A stretch of 55,950 bases of DNA. Origin: Dehalococcoidia bacterium. Lineage in GTDB: Bacteria > Chloroflexota > Dehalococcoidia > GIF9 > UBA5629. A program made the translations under genes and the position numbers. Below the pieces are notes generated by a model that was not told where the DNA came from, ran no database searches, and saw only the letters and a program-made list of their open reading frames with translations. The stretch is taken from NCBI GenBank assembly GCA_050011565.1, contig JBEKIW010000007.1, positions 1 through 55,950 on the forward strand, given 5' to 3'. Positions 27,991 to 36,299 of this stretch are shown one piece after another (the stretch's first letter is position 1; every line of letters starts with the position of its first letter).

Positions 27991-28030
27991 AGCTTTTTAC
28001 TACCCTGACCGGGCAGTTATGCTAGCCCCC
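27991..28030 (-). promoter_or_regulatory. Candidate bacterial SECIS element
   Basis: After UGA (28033-28031) the RNA reads GGGGGC UAGC AUA ACUGCCC GGUCA GGGUAGU AAAAA GCUA: a 7-bp stem whose GGU-containing loop starts 20 nt after the UGA. There is no U-tract after the stem on either strand. Confidence 0.55.
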
Positions 28031-28750
28031 TCAGCCTCCATAGCCGCAAGAGCCCCCATCGCTCGGTGGGCATGGAGGGGACGGCGGGGTTATCTGAATG
28101 TCAAATACCGGGCTGGGCGGTTCCTTAACTGTGAACTGCCCGCTGAGGTCGCCAAGGGCGACTTTATAGGTCCCGGGTAAACCCTTTGATACCTTAAAAC
28201 ACAGCATGCAGTTGGCCCCGGCGGGTACATTCAGTTTCTGGGTCTGGTTGGTGACGCCGTCTATCTTTAGTTCGGCCGTGTAACTACCCTGGCTGCCTCC
28301 GATATTGGTTAATGTAGCGGTTATAACCGTAGTTTGGCAGACATCGACCTCATCGGGATTTATTGCCAGGTTGGAGAGACGGAAGTCCGGAGGCGACGGT
28401 TTTTGCACGGTGAGGGTTGACTCTTTGTCGCCCACCGAAACTTTGTAGCCTCCGGCATAGCTTCTGGTAAGCTCGAATGTCAAAAGCTCTGATTGCCCGG
28501 GAGCCAGCGTAACGCTTTTCCTGCTGTCGGCGACACCGTTGACCATTAAAGGAATATTATACGTATCAGTTTCGGAGTTAATATTTCTGACCTCAGCTAC
28601 AACAGTCACTTTCTCACCTGTCGCGACCTTTGTAGGCGCCATATTAAAGGACAACACTTCGTAGCTTGGATGAGCCTCAACGCAGGCTTGTAGTAGACCA
28701 AGGCTAGCCAAAGCCAGTAAACATATTGCGCCAATAGTTTTTGTCTTCAC
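28031..28750 (-). CDS. Lipoprotein with two CARDB (Ig-like) domains and a Cys/Gly tail; candidate selenoprotein extending to 28022
   Basis: Lipobox LQAC and two CARDB-like domains (V.N...ETDTY...L.VNG; LTNIGG..GSYT..LKIDG). The tail is PPCPPSDGGSCGYGG-TGA-GGG-GGC-TAG. Confidence 0.85.
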   Translation of the reverse strand: MKTKTIGAICLLALASLGLLQACVEAHPSYEVLSFNMAPTKVATGEKVTVVAEVRNINSETDTYNIPLMVNGVADSRKSVTLAPGQSELLTFELTRSYAGGYKVSVGDKESTLTVQKPSPPDFRLSNLAINPDEVDVCQTTVITATLTNIGGSQGSYTAELKIDGVTNQTQKLNVPAGANCMLCFKVSKGLPGTYKVALGDLSGQFTVKEPPSPVFDIQITPPSPPCPPSDGGSCGYGG

Positions 28751-28801
28751 AGTTTAAGGCCTCTCTTAGCTACTGAGCTTAATTCAATTTTATACAGTAT
28801 G

Positions 28802-29503
28802 TTAAAGGATTACAATCAACCAGAAGCCTGCCACGATAAGAAGTACGCCCGAAGCCATGCGAACAGGCCCGGCGACCTTATTAGCAACGCCTGTCATTTT
28901 GCCCAGTCCTATACCTAATATAGCTGCCACCATGGGAAGACTGTACCCGATGGCGAATGCGGCAAGTATCAGGGCGCCCCAAACTCCCTCGCCTTTCAGG
29001 ATAGATAAGCCCAGAACCACGGGTAGAATCATCGGACCGCAGCATGCCATAGTGTAGGTTATGCTGGCACCACCGACGCCAAGTCCCATAACCGAAGCCC
29101 CGATAAAACCACGTGGAAGATTCTTTTTGACCGGATTAAATGACGGAATGCGGAAGGGCAGAAGATTAAGTGCAGCAAATCCGAAGAAAATGGTTATGAC
29201 GGCTATAAGTAGCTTGCCGTACAAACCGAATGTGCTTCCTGCCACCTGCCCGATGTAACCGACGAGATATCCCGCTGCTGATAGGGCAATGACAGTTCCC
29301 AGCATAAAGAAACCGGCTATTACCAAAATGTCCCTTTTCTGTGCCTCATCCCGGGAGCCGGCATATCCGACGACAGCGGCTATCAATGGAGCACTGCAGG
29401 CAATACAACCGATCGCCGTAATCAAACCCAGTAGGAATCCTGCCGGCAGGACCAGTATGCCAAATTGTGGGGCATTAAAGACTTGTTGAATCCACTCTTC
29501 CAT
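28802..29503 (-). CDS. CcdA/DsbD transmembrane electron-transfer protein with extra cysteines
   Basis: Six or more TM helices; GLITAIGCIACSAPL and MACCGPMILP occupy the two CcdA Cys positions; FAIGYSLP. Start taken as ATG 29503 (MEEWIQ). Confidence 0.82.
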   Translation of the reverse strand: MEEWIQQVFNAPQFGILVLPAGFLLGLITAIGCIACSAPLIAAVVGYAGSRDEAQKRDILVIAGFFMLGTVIALSAAGYLVGYIGQVAGSTFGLYGKLLIAVITIFFGFAALNLLPFRIPSFNPVKKNLPRGFIGASVMGLGVGGASITYTMACCGPMILPVVLGLSILKGEGVWGALILAAFAIGYSLPMVAAILGIGLGKMTGVANKVAGPVRMASGVLLIVAGFWLIVIL

Positions 29504-29508
29504 GCCAG

Positions 29509-30198
29509 CTATTTCCCACCGCAACAGCCGCTGCCTGGGGCACAACCTGGGGCACAAACAGGAGGTTGTAAAACCGTCAGATATGTCTGCAGAAGATTTT
29601 CTTCTGTGATGTCACCGGTCATAATCGCTCCATTGCCGCTGACGCTAATGGCCAGAACCGCCGGTACCCCTCCAATACCCAGGCGGCGCATCGTAATTGA
29701 GAATTCGGGGTCGTCAGGGCTCAGGGTTATTGTCTCCACACGTGCACCTCTGGCCTCGATTTTTGCTGTGGCGTCGGAAATCAGGTTGGTAAGTGTTTTA
29801 GTTGATTTAATGTCATTATCTGACAGAGTCACAAAAATAAAATCATGGTCAGCAAATTTAGCAGCGAGACTTTCCGACAACTTTAAGTCTCCGATGCCCG
29901 TTGCCTTAGGAAAATTTATGCTCGTGTATGAACCTGCCCTAGGAACATTTAGGCTCGTGTATGAACCTATTAACGGCACATTGCCCAAGGGCCCACTCGA
30001 AGCGGCGCTGTCACGTGTTGTCAGGGCATAGGTCACGGCAACTGCAATCAGAAGTATTCCTAAGGCGAAGACGGCAATCTTCCACCATGGCTGCCTGCTT
30101 GGGGGTTGCGGCTTAGTAGTATCCGCCGGGGACGGACAGCATCCCTTCTGGTCGCAACAATCTGTCTTTTGCACCTTTTTAAAACCTTTATCGCTCAT
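29509..30198 (-). CDS. Single-pass membrane protein with Cys-rich termini and a thioredoxin-like domain
   Basis: N-terminal DCCDQKGCCP, one TM helix, a GVPAVLA strand resembling the cis-Pro loop, and C-terminal CAPGCAPGSGCCGGK. SD AAGGAGA. Confidence 0.78.
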   Translation of the reverse strand: MSDKGFKKVQKTDCCDQKGCCPSPADTTKPQPPSRQPWWKIAVFALGILLIAVAVTYALTTRDSAASSGPLGNVPLIGSYTSLNVPRAGSYTSINFPKATGIGDLKLSESLAAKFADHDFIFVTLSDNDIKSTKTLTNLISDATAKIEARGARVETITLSPDDPEFSITMRRLGIGGVPAVLAISVSGNGAIMTGDITEENLLQTYLTVLQPPVCAPGCAPGSGCCGGK

Positions 30199-30229
30199 TA
30201 CGCAGTCTCCTTTCTAGCATCAGAAAAAA

Positions 30230-30559
30230 TCAAACGTTGACAGGCTGCTTGAAAAACTCAGCAAGGTCATCCAATGTATTTGGGTCAACCCAGCACTCAA
30301 CGGTTTGTCCTCGTCTTCTCATTTTTATCAGACCTGCTTGGTAAAGCTCCTTGATGTGGTGGGAAATGGTTGATGGAGCAATTCCTAAGTCTTTGCCAAG
30401 CTTGCCGACGCACTCGTACATCTCCGTTTCCGTATTGCAGGCACCTCCGGGAAGACAGCATGAAGCCAGGCGCATAAAAATGCTCAAGCGGTGTGGATTC
30501 GACAGCGCCTTGAATGCTCCGGCGAGCCGCTCCGAGCTGTCATTTCGAAAATTCGACAT
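30230..30559 (-). CDS. arsR: ArsR/SmtB family repressor (second operon)
   Basis: Motifs FKALSNPHRL, ASCC, ECVGKL and STISHHIKELYQAGLI. True start ATG 30559. Confidence 0.88.
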   Translation of the reverse strand: MSNFRNDSSERLAGAFKALSNPHRLSIFMRLASCCLPGGACNTETEMYECVGKLGKDLGIAPSTISHHIKELYQAGLIKMRRRGQTVECWVDPNTLDDLAEFFKQPVNV

Positions 30560-30596
30560 GTTTCGAATTATAAGCACAAGAACAAGCCTTTGTCAA
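30550..30596 (-). promoter_or_regulatory. Consensus promoter plus operator; leaderless arsR transcript
   Basis: TTGACA-18-TATAAT-7 nt-ATG. The inverted repeat AATTCGA-N6-TCGAATT (30550-30569) covers the start codon and the edge of the -10 box. Confidence 0.85.
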
Positions 30597-30626
30597 GGGG
30601 GGTATTGGTTTATTTAGAACAATTTG

Positions 30627-31709
30627 TCATGTTTGGTCATGGTTAGAGGCTAATTGCTTGGCAAAGAACCTTCGCTGGAAATACAAAGCTACATTGACCA
30701 GGCTTACCAATACCGGCACTTCCACCAGCGGCCCAATAACGGCGGCGAAGGCCTCACCGGAGCCGATGCCGAATACGGCCACGGCCACGGCGATAGCCAG
30801 TTCAAAATTATTGCTGGCGGCAGTGAAGGCAATGGCGGCCGTCTTGGAATAATCGGCCCCTATTTTCTTACCCATGTAAAAAGAAACCAGGAACATTATC
30901 ACGAAGTATATGAGGAGCGGGATGGCAATGCGTACAACGTCCAGCGGCAATTGGACAATGATTTCACCTTTCAGGGAGAACATGACAACTATCGTAAATA
31001 AGAGAGCTGCCAGGGTTACCGGGCTGATTCTGGGTATAAATTTAGTTTCATACCACTGGCGTCCTCTTGCCCTGATAAGAGCAAAGCGGGTAATCATTCC
31101 GCCGAAAAATGGTATGCCGAGGTAAATGAGTACGCTTTGAGCTATCTGGGCTATGGTTACGTTTACGGCGGAGCCTTTCAGCCCGAACCAGACCGGCAGC
31201 ACCGTTATGAAAATATAGGCGTAAACCGAGTAAAACAGTATCTGGAAAATCGAGTTAAAGGCCACCAGCCCGGCAGCGTAATCGGTATCGCCTTTAGCCA
31301 GTTCATTCCAGACAATAACCATGGCAATACATCTGGCGAGCCCTATTAGAATAAGGCCTGCCATGTAATCGGGATAGGCGCGCAGGAAAAGAATGGCCAG
31401 CAGGAACATCAACACCGGGCCAATCAGCCAGTTCTGTATCAGAGACAGGCCGAGTACTTTCCAGTTGCGGAAGATGAGGGGCAGGTCCTCGTATTTAACT
31501 TTTGCCAGCGGCGGGTACATCATCAGGATAAGCCCGATGGCTATAGGTATGGAAGTGGTATCGACTTGAAACAATGAAATGAAACCGGACACGGAAGGCA
31601 CGAAATAGCCGAGTCCGACTCCGAAGCCCATAGCCAGGAATATCCAGAGAGTCAGGAAACGGTCTAGCAGCGAGAGTTTACCGGTCGTAGATTCCGGCTG
31701 GTTTGCCAT
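30627..31709 (-). CDS. acr3: ACR3 family arsenite efflux transporter
   Basis: Motifs [31 protein letters not shown] and [17 protein letters not shown]. Confidence 0.96.
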   Translation of the reverse strand: MANQPESTTGKLSLLDRFLTLWIFLAMGFGVGLGYFVPSVSGFISLFQVDTTSIPIAIGLILMMYPPLAKVKYEDLPLIFRNWKVLGLSLIQNWLIGPVLMFLLAILFLRAYPDYMAGLILIGLARCIAMVIVWNELAKGDTDYAAGLVAFNSIFQILFYSVYAYIFITVLPVWFGLKGSAVNVTIAQIAQSVLIYLGIPFFGGMITRFALIRARGRQWYETKFIPRISPVTLAALLFTIVVMFSLKGEIIVQLPLDVVRIAIPLLIYFVIMFLVSFYMGKKIGADYSKTAAIAFTAASNNFELAIAVAVAVFGIGSGEAFAAVIGPLVEVPVLVSLVNVALYFQRRFFAKQLASNHDQT

Positions 31710-31721
31710 AGTTTTTACCCC

Positions 31722-32555
31722 TCACTCTAAAAGTTTGGCTAAAGCGCGACGGTTTTCAGCAAATTCAGGCTGCTCCAGGTAAGGGCAATCCTCAAGGCGA
31801 CACTTACCTTTAGCCAGGTCAATGGCGAAGGCAAGGCAGGTCTTCTTGCCGCATTTCTGGCAATCGGTCTGGGGCAGTAGCTTATACAGCACCAGTCCCA
31901 GGCCCATCTTCGATTTGCCGGGTTCGACGGCCTGCTGCGGCTGGCTTAATTTAGCCACAATTTTGTGGACGATAGCCGGCTCAGGATAGGCTCCCATGTC
32001 ATAAAGCGTGTAATTCATGAATGCTACCGGATTCTCCTGGTAGCAGCTCCGGACCGCCTCTTCAATCACTTTTGGATTCAACCCCGGGACTTTGATGTCT
32101 CTTTCTCCTGGTTTGCAAAGCAGGTTGATGATGCTGACGATTTGCTGGTTAAATCTGTCTATTAGCTCCTTCGGTATATTGGACAGATACGGGGTAAGGG
32201 CTTTAGAGCCGATGATACGTTTAGCTTCGTCGATGCCGTTCTGTTTAAGTGCCAGCAGCGCTTCGCCGGGCAAATGCCCGGTTGATTCCCTGCCGCAGAG
32301 CACGATGTAACGAATATTCGGGTTAGCTACGATATTGCAGATTATCTTCTCCAGCCCTAAATTCTCGGTTTGGAGCATTCCGGAAAGGGCGGCACCTGCG
32401 TCTGCGGCGCACATAACGAGCTCGTTTAAATCCGGCGGTATCGCGAAGTCAAAGGTATCCAGAATGACACAAACGGCTACGGGAGAGTAGTCGTTACCTC
32501 TAACGTAACGGCCTTCCTCTGGGGGATAACCATCAGGTGGTTTAACTTTAAGCAT
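31722..32555 (-). CDS. Soluble MtrA-like corrinoid-binding domain fused to a C-terminal [4Fe-4S] domain (AcsC/CdhE/RnfB type)
   Basis: MtrA motifs G.Y.RGN.YSPVAV, GAALSG.LQTENLGLEKII.NIVANPNIRY.VLCG.ES.GH..G (Co-ligand His) and RIIG...PYL.N.....DRF..Q. C-terminal LLPQTD-C-x2-C-x4-C-x16-CP. No membrane anchor. Confidence 0.88.
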   Translation of the reverse strand: MLKVKPPDGYPPEEGRYVRGNDYSPVAVCVILDTFDFAIPPDLNELVMCAADAGAALSGMLQTENLGLEKIICNIVANPNIRYIVLCGRESTGHLPGEALLALKQNGIDEAKRIIGSKALTPYLSNIPKELIDRFNQQIVSIINLLCKPGERDIKVPGLNPKVIEEAVRSCYQENPVAFMNYTLYDMGAYPEPAIVHKIVAKLSQPQQAVEPGKSKMGLGLVLYKLLPQTDCQKCGKKTCLAFAIDLAKGKCRLEDCPYLEQPEFAENRRALAKLLE

Positions 32556-32570
32556 TAGCCTTTAACTACG

Positions 32571-33047
32571 TTATTCTTCTCCAGCCAGATATACACGAAT
32601 CCTGGTATTCACCAGTCTATCGAGTGCCTCGTCATCATCTTTCACCAACAAAATTTCCGGTACAGCGATAATGTGTTCGGTATCCGCTCTAACTACGTTT
32701 ATGAATAGTGAGAGAGATGTTGCTCCATACTTGTTAACGATAGCCGCATTGTTCTTGTCATTCAGATCAATACTTTGGAATGTCAATTTGCCACTGGCCA
32801 GTTCCTCAGGGAAGTTAAAAAATAAGGTACTTTGGATATATTCACCCGGGGTTGCCTGACAGTGGCATATCTCGCTATCGTAAAAATAAACGACATCTAT
32901 TCTATCCGGCGGACCAAGCTGTTCCTTTGGTAAATTCGTTGCCGGTGTTGGATTGGAACAGGAAGACAGCAAGCCAAGCACCAGCAGAGAAAGTAAAAGA
33001 ATGTAAGTTTTATTAGCTTTCTTGTTAGCTTTAACAAATATGTTCAT
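32571..33047 (-). CDS. ArsF-like thioredoxin-fold lipoprotein, paralogue 2 (CxC motif)
   Basis: Lipobox LSSC, DRIDVVYFY...CHC, and GKLTF..IDL.D..N..IV.KY..LFI; homologous to 33777-34325. Confidence 0.78.
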   Translation of the reverse strand: MNIFVKANKKANKTYILLLSLLVLGLLSSCSNPTPATNLPKEQLGPPDRIDVVYFYDSEICHCQATPGEYIQSTLFFNFPEELASGKLTFQSIDLNDKNNAAIVNKYGATSLSLFINVVRADTEHIIAVPEILLVKDDDEALDRLVNTRIRVYLAGEE

Positions 33048-33072
33048 ATTTTTAGCACATGCTTATAATTTT

Positions 33073-33777
33073 CTAGGATTGTATCCACAGCACCACATAA
33101 TATATACCAACTCCTATAAAGATAACGGAGACTATTATACGGATAATTCGTTCGGCGCGGGTGATGGCATTAAGCCAGGTAGCAACTCCAGCTACACCAG
33201 CAGACAGAAGCGTACCGAATACTAAAACAGGCAGCCCGGTGCCGATGGCGAATACTGCGGGCAGCGCCACGCCGCCGGTTGACTTGAGGGCCACGGGTAT
33301 CAGTGCGCCGAAGAATAGTACGGCGCTATAGGGGCAAAAAGCCAGGGCGAAAATGGCACCCAGCAGAAATCCGCCTATCATACCCCACTGTGCTACTTTA
33401 CTCCCCAACGAGGCTAATATGTTACCTCCCGTGCCGAAAGAGAGCCTGTCGATGAATAGCATAAGCAGTCCCACTATAATCAGCAGCGGTCCCAGGACCC
33501 GTTCACCGACGTCTTGAATGGTTGCAGAGACCCCCGGGATTTCCAGGCCGACCACGATGATAAGCACGCCAAGAACAGAATAGGAGAACATGCGACCCAA
33601 AGTATAGAGGGAGCCGGTAATGACTGCGTACTTACGGTCCGTCACGTTGCGCGTGATGTAGGCCACAGCAGCGATGTTAGTAGCCAGAGGGCATGGGGCA
33701 ATGGCGGTTACTAACCCCAAAAGCAGTGCCGTAAGCACCGGGATATTAGGACCGGACAAAATGCTGCCCAAGTCCAT
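33073..33777 (-). CDS. arsG: ArsG-family/DsbD_2 (CcdA-like) membrane protein
   Basis: Motifs TAIAPCPLATNIAAVAY, YTLGR, FALAFCPYSAVLFFG and FAIGTGLP. Confidence 0.8.
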   Translation of the reverse strand: MDLGSILSGPNIPVLTALLLGLVTAIAPCPLATNIAAVAYITRNVTDRKYAVITGSLYTLGRMFSYSVLGVLIIVVGLEIPGVSATIQDVGERVLGPLLIIVGLLMLFIDRLSFGTGGNILASLGSKVAQWGMIGGFLLGAIFALAFCPYSAVLFFGALIPVALKSTGGVALPAVFAIGTGLPVLVFGTLLSAGVAGVATWLNAITRAERIIRIIVSVIFIGVGIYYVVLWIQS

Positions 33778-34325
33778 TATTCTTCGCCCCTTAGGCTTCG
33801 CTCGATAACGTTCTTGACCTGCTGGTCGAAGCCCGCTTTATTGGTTCTGCAGCTCCAGGACCAGATGTCCTGTATATCTTTAATATTATCAGTGCCATCC
33901 TTCACAGTATCGATGAACAATTGTGAGCCGACAGCACCGTATTTTTTGACGATATCGGTATTTTTACTGTCTCCTATGTCATATACCCCAAAAGTCATCT
34001 TGCCGCCATTTAACTCGTTCTGAAAATATGTGTTCACGACATAGCGGATGCGCTCCTCGAAACATAGGCAAGTTGGGCAGCGTTGGGGACGGTGGAAATA
34101 GACGACGTCTACTCTGTCAAGTGAGCCAGTAGACTCATCCGGGATCTGCGAAGTTGACGAGTTGTCTGATGGCGCCGTTGTCATTTCAGACGGCGCGGCA
34201 GGTTCATCTGGCGAGGTCGGTTGTGCAGGCGGACTTGAGCAGGCAAAGAAGAGCAATAGGATAGCCAGGATAGCGATTATGATTAAGTGCGTCTTTGTCC
34301 TGAGTGATAAATTCATGTTTTTCAA
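33777..34325 (-). CDS. arsF: ArsF-family thioredoxin-fold lipoprotein
   Basis: Lipobox FFAC and VDVVYFHRPQRCPTCLCFE; coupled to the ArsG-like gene. Confidence 0.78.
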   Translation of the reverse strand: MKNMNLSLRTKTHLIIIAILAILLLFFACSSPPAQPTSPDEPAAPSEMTTAPSDNSSTSQIPDESTGSLDRVDVVYFHRPQRCPTCLCFEERIRYVVNTYFQNELNGGKMTFGVYDIGDSKNTDIVKKYGAVGSQLFIDTVKDGTDNIKDIQDIWSWSCRTNKAGFDQQVKNVIERSLRGEE

Positions 34326-34375
34326 TATCTCCTTGTCGCTTTGATTTTGCTTATGTCTGCAAGCGGACTGAAATC

Positions 34376-34642
34376 TCAGGCGCCTTTTTTCTGCTCTTCT
34401 CCAGCCAGGGAATTTATTATAAGCTGTGTAACTTCTGCTTTCGAAGGCACCTTACCAGAGCTGATTACCTGTTCATTTATTACCAGGCCGGGTGTGGTCA
34501 GGACGTTGTAAGCCATGATTTGACGCATATCCTTGACCTCCTCTACGGTGGCGTCGATACCCAGCTCTTTCACCACCTCTCTGGTGGTCTTTTCCAGCTG
34601 GCGGCACCTGGAGCAGCCCGTTCCCAGAATTTTTATATTCAT
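34376..34642 (-). CDS. Small redox-active disulfide protein (MTH895/Thioredoxin_3 family)
   Basis: MNIKILGTGCSRC...TTPGLVINE.V.SSGKVPS. SD GGAGG before ATG 34642. Confidence 0.92.
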   Translation of the reverse strand: MNIKILGTGCSRCRQLEKTTREVVKELGIDATVEEVKDMRQIMAYNVLTTPGLVINEQVISSGKVPSKAEVTQLIINSLAGEEQKKGA

Positions 34643-34729
34643 AGCAGTCGCCTCCATTTCGATTTTTCGGTTAATCCTTAGTTGGATTTACCTACATTAA
34701 AGTAATCTCTGATGTTAGCTTTTGACGGC

Positions 34730-35815
34730 TCATAAAATTGCATTAAACAAATAACCAACGATAACAATGCCCAGGGCCACCACGCCGACAAATACACCCA
34801 GTAACTGCCATTTAAGTACCCGGCGCAGGATTATGGTCTCAGGCAGGGAAATGGCCACTACAGACATCATAAAAGCCAGCACTGTTCCCAGCGCCGCGCC
34901 TTTTTCCATCAGGGCTTGTACCACAGGGATAATACCGGCGGCATTGGAATATATGGGCACACCAATCAATACTGCCATGGGCACACCCCACCAGGCATCT
35001 TTACCCATGAATGAGGCCAGCAATCCTTCAGGCACGTAGCCATGAATTACTGCGCCAACTGCTATACCGGCCAGAAGATAGGGCCAGACTTTACCCACTA
35101 TTTCACGTACGGCATTCAGGCCATAGTGGACACGGTCTTCGAATCGCATACCCGAATTTGCTGTAGCCGTCTGAGACAGCTTAATATCGAATACCCAGTC
35201 TTCTACGAACCTCTCCATTTTCAGTTTGCCTATAAGCCACCCCGCGATTATGGCTATGATGAGCCCGGTTACTATGTAAATTAGCGCGATTTTCCAGCCG
35301 AACATGCCGTAAAGTAGCACAACAGCCACCTCATTTATCATAGGCGACGCAATCAAAAATGATAAAGTTACACCAAGGGGGATTCCTGTCTCCAGAAATC
35401 CTATAAAGAGCGGGCAAGCTGAGCAGGAGCAGAATGGAGTGACAATACCCAGTCCCGAAGCCATGATGTTCCCCATAAATTGCCGTTTTCCAGCCAGCAT
35501 CTGCCGGGTGCGTTCCGGGGTAAAGAAAGACCTTATAATTCCGACTGCAAAGATGATAAGGACCAGCAGCAACATCACTTTTGGTGCATCGTAAAGAAAG
35601 AAAGCAACACTGCTGCCAAGGTGGCTTTGAGCGGGGAGTTTAAATACGTTGTATGTCAGGAAGTCAGCAGCCGGTTTAAGCCAATAGTACAGGAAGCCCC
35701 ATAGCACCAGGCAGCCGCCGAGCATAATAGATAAATTTAGTCTATTTTTGGTTGTTCCGGTCTCGGTGAGTGTGCCGCCGGGGCCGCCATCAGAATTAAT
35801 ATTTTTGCCTACCAT
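34730..35815 (-). CDS. arsP: ArsP (DUF318) organoarsenical efflux permease
   Basis: Motifs TPFCSCS, FLIASPMINE, GVPIYSNAAG, GTVLAFMM and SLPE. Confidence 0.9.
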   Translation of the reverse strand: MVGKNINSDGGPGGTLTETGTTKNRLNLSIMLGGCLVLWGFLYYWLKPAADFLTYNVFKLPAQSHLGSSVAFFLYDAPKVMLLLVLIIFAVGIIRSFFTPERTRQMLAGKRQFMGNIMASGLGIVTPFCSCSACPLFIGFLETGIPLGVTLSFLIASPMINEVAVVLLYGMFGWKIALIYIVTGLIIAIIAGWLIGKLKMERFVEDWVFDIKLSQTATANSGMRFEDRVHYGLNAVREIVGKVWPYLLAGIAVGAVIHGYVPEGLLASFMGKDAWWGVPMAVLIGVPIYSNAAGIIPVVQALMEKGAALGTVLAFMMSVVAISLPETIILRRVLKWQLLGVFVGVVALGIVIVGYLFNAIL

Positions 35816-35866
35816 GACGATAAAGTTTTATTCCTTATAACCTTTACAAAAATAGAGACGAGCGAA

Positions 35867-36232
35867 TCAAGCGGTGCTTAGCTTCCTAACCACACAGTTT
35901 GGACCTACTCTTTCCGTCTGTTGCAATCGCTGTCTATCCAGTAGGGCTATTTCGTTTCCTTCCAGCGCTTTCCCAACGGCTTCAACCAGGTTGGTGTAGT
36001 GCTGCTTTAAACCTTCCCTATCGATGGAATATAGTGCCCAAAGTCCCTCTCGCCTGAGCTTCAGGAAGCCGGCATCATAGAGGGCACTCAAGTTCCTTGA
36101 AGCCCGGGACTCGGAGATGTTGAGTACCTGCATAACCTCGCAGACGCAGCATTCGCGCTCCAGCAGCAGGTTAAGAATCCTAAGCCTGGTTTCGTCCGAC
36201 AGGGCCTTGAAGGCTTTAACTAACTCTCTCAT
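35867..36232 (-). CDS. arsR: ArsR family As(III)-responsive repressor (first operon)
   Basis: FKALSDETRLRILNLL..ECCVCE contains the alpha3 CVC site. ATG 36232 (GTG/TTG alternatives up to 36238). Confidence 0.93.
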   Translation of the reverse strand: MRELVKAFKALSDETRLRILNLLLERECCVCEVMQVLNISESRASRNLSALYDAGFLKLRREGLWALYSIDREGLKQHYTNLVEAVGKALEGNEIALLDRQRLQQTERVGPNCVVRKLSTA

Positions 36233-36248
36233 CACCAAACTCCATTAC

Positions 36249-36299
36249 TATATGCGCATTTACGCATATATTATAGATAAATAGTAATACGCAGGTCAA
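36249..36299 (-). promoter_or_regulatory. ars promoter with ArsR operator
   Basis: TTGACC-18-TATAAT (36299-36270); perfect inverted repeat TATATGCG-N6-CGCATATA (36249-36270) over the transcription start. Confidence 0.88.

Noticed and set aside
31707-31724. TGA of the MtrA-like gene is in frame with the acr3 ATG (possible read-through fusion)
   Set aside because: The 12-nt gap holds the acr3 SD, there is no SECIS-like hairpin or Cys context, and in-frame spacing occurs one time in three by chance.
31722-32555. Calling the corrinoid protein HgcA, or taking it as evidence of methanogenesis
   Set aside because: It lacks the HgcA cap-helix motif N(V/I)WCA(A/G)GK and TM domain, and no other Mtr or Mcr subunits are in the window.
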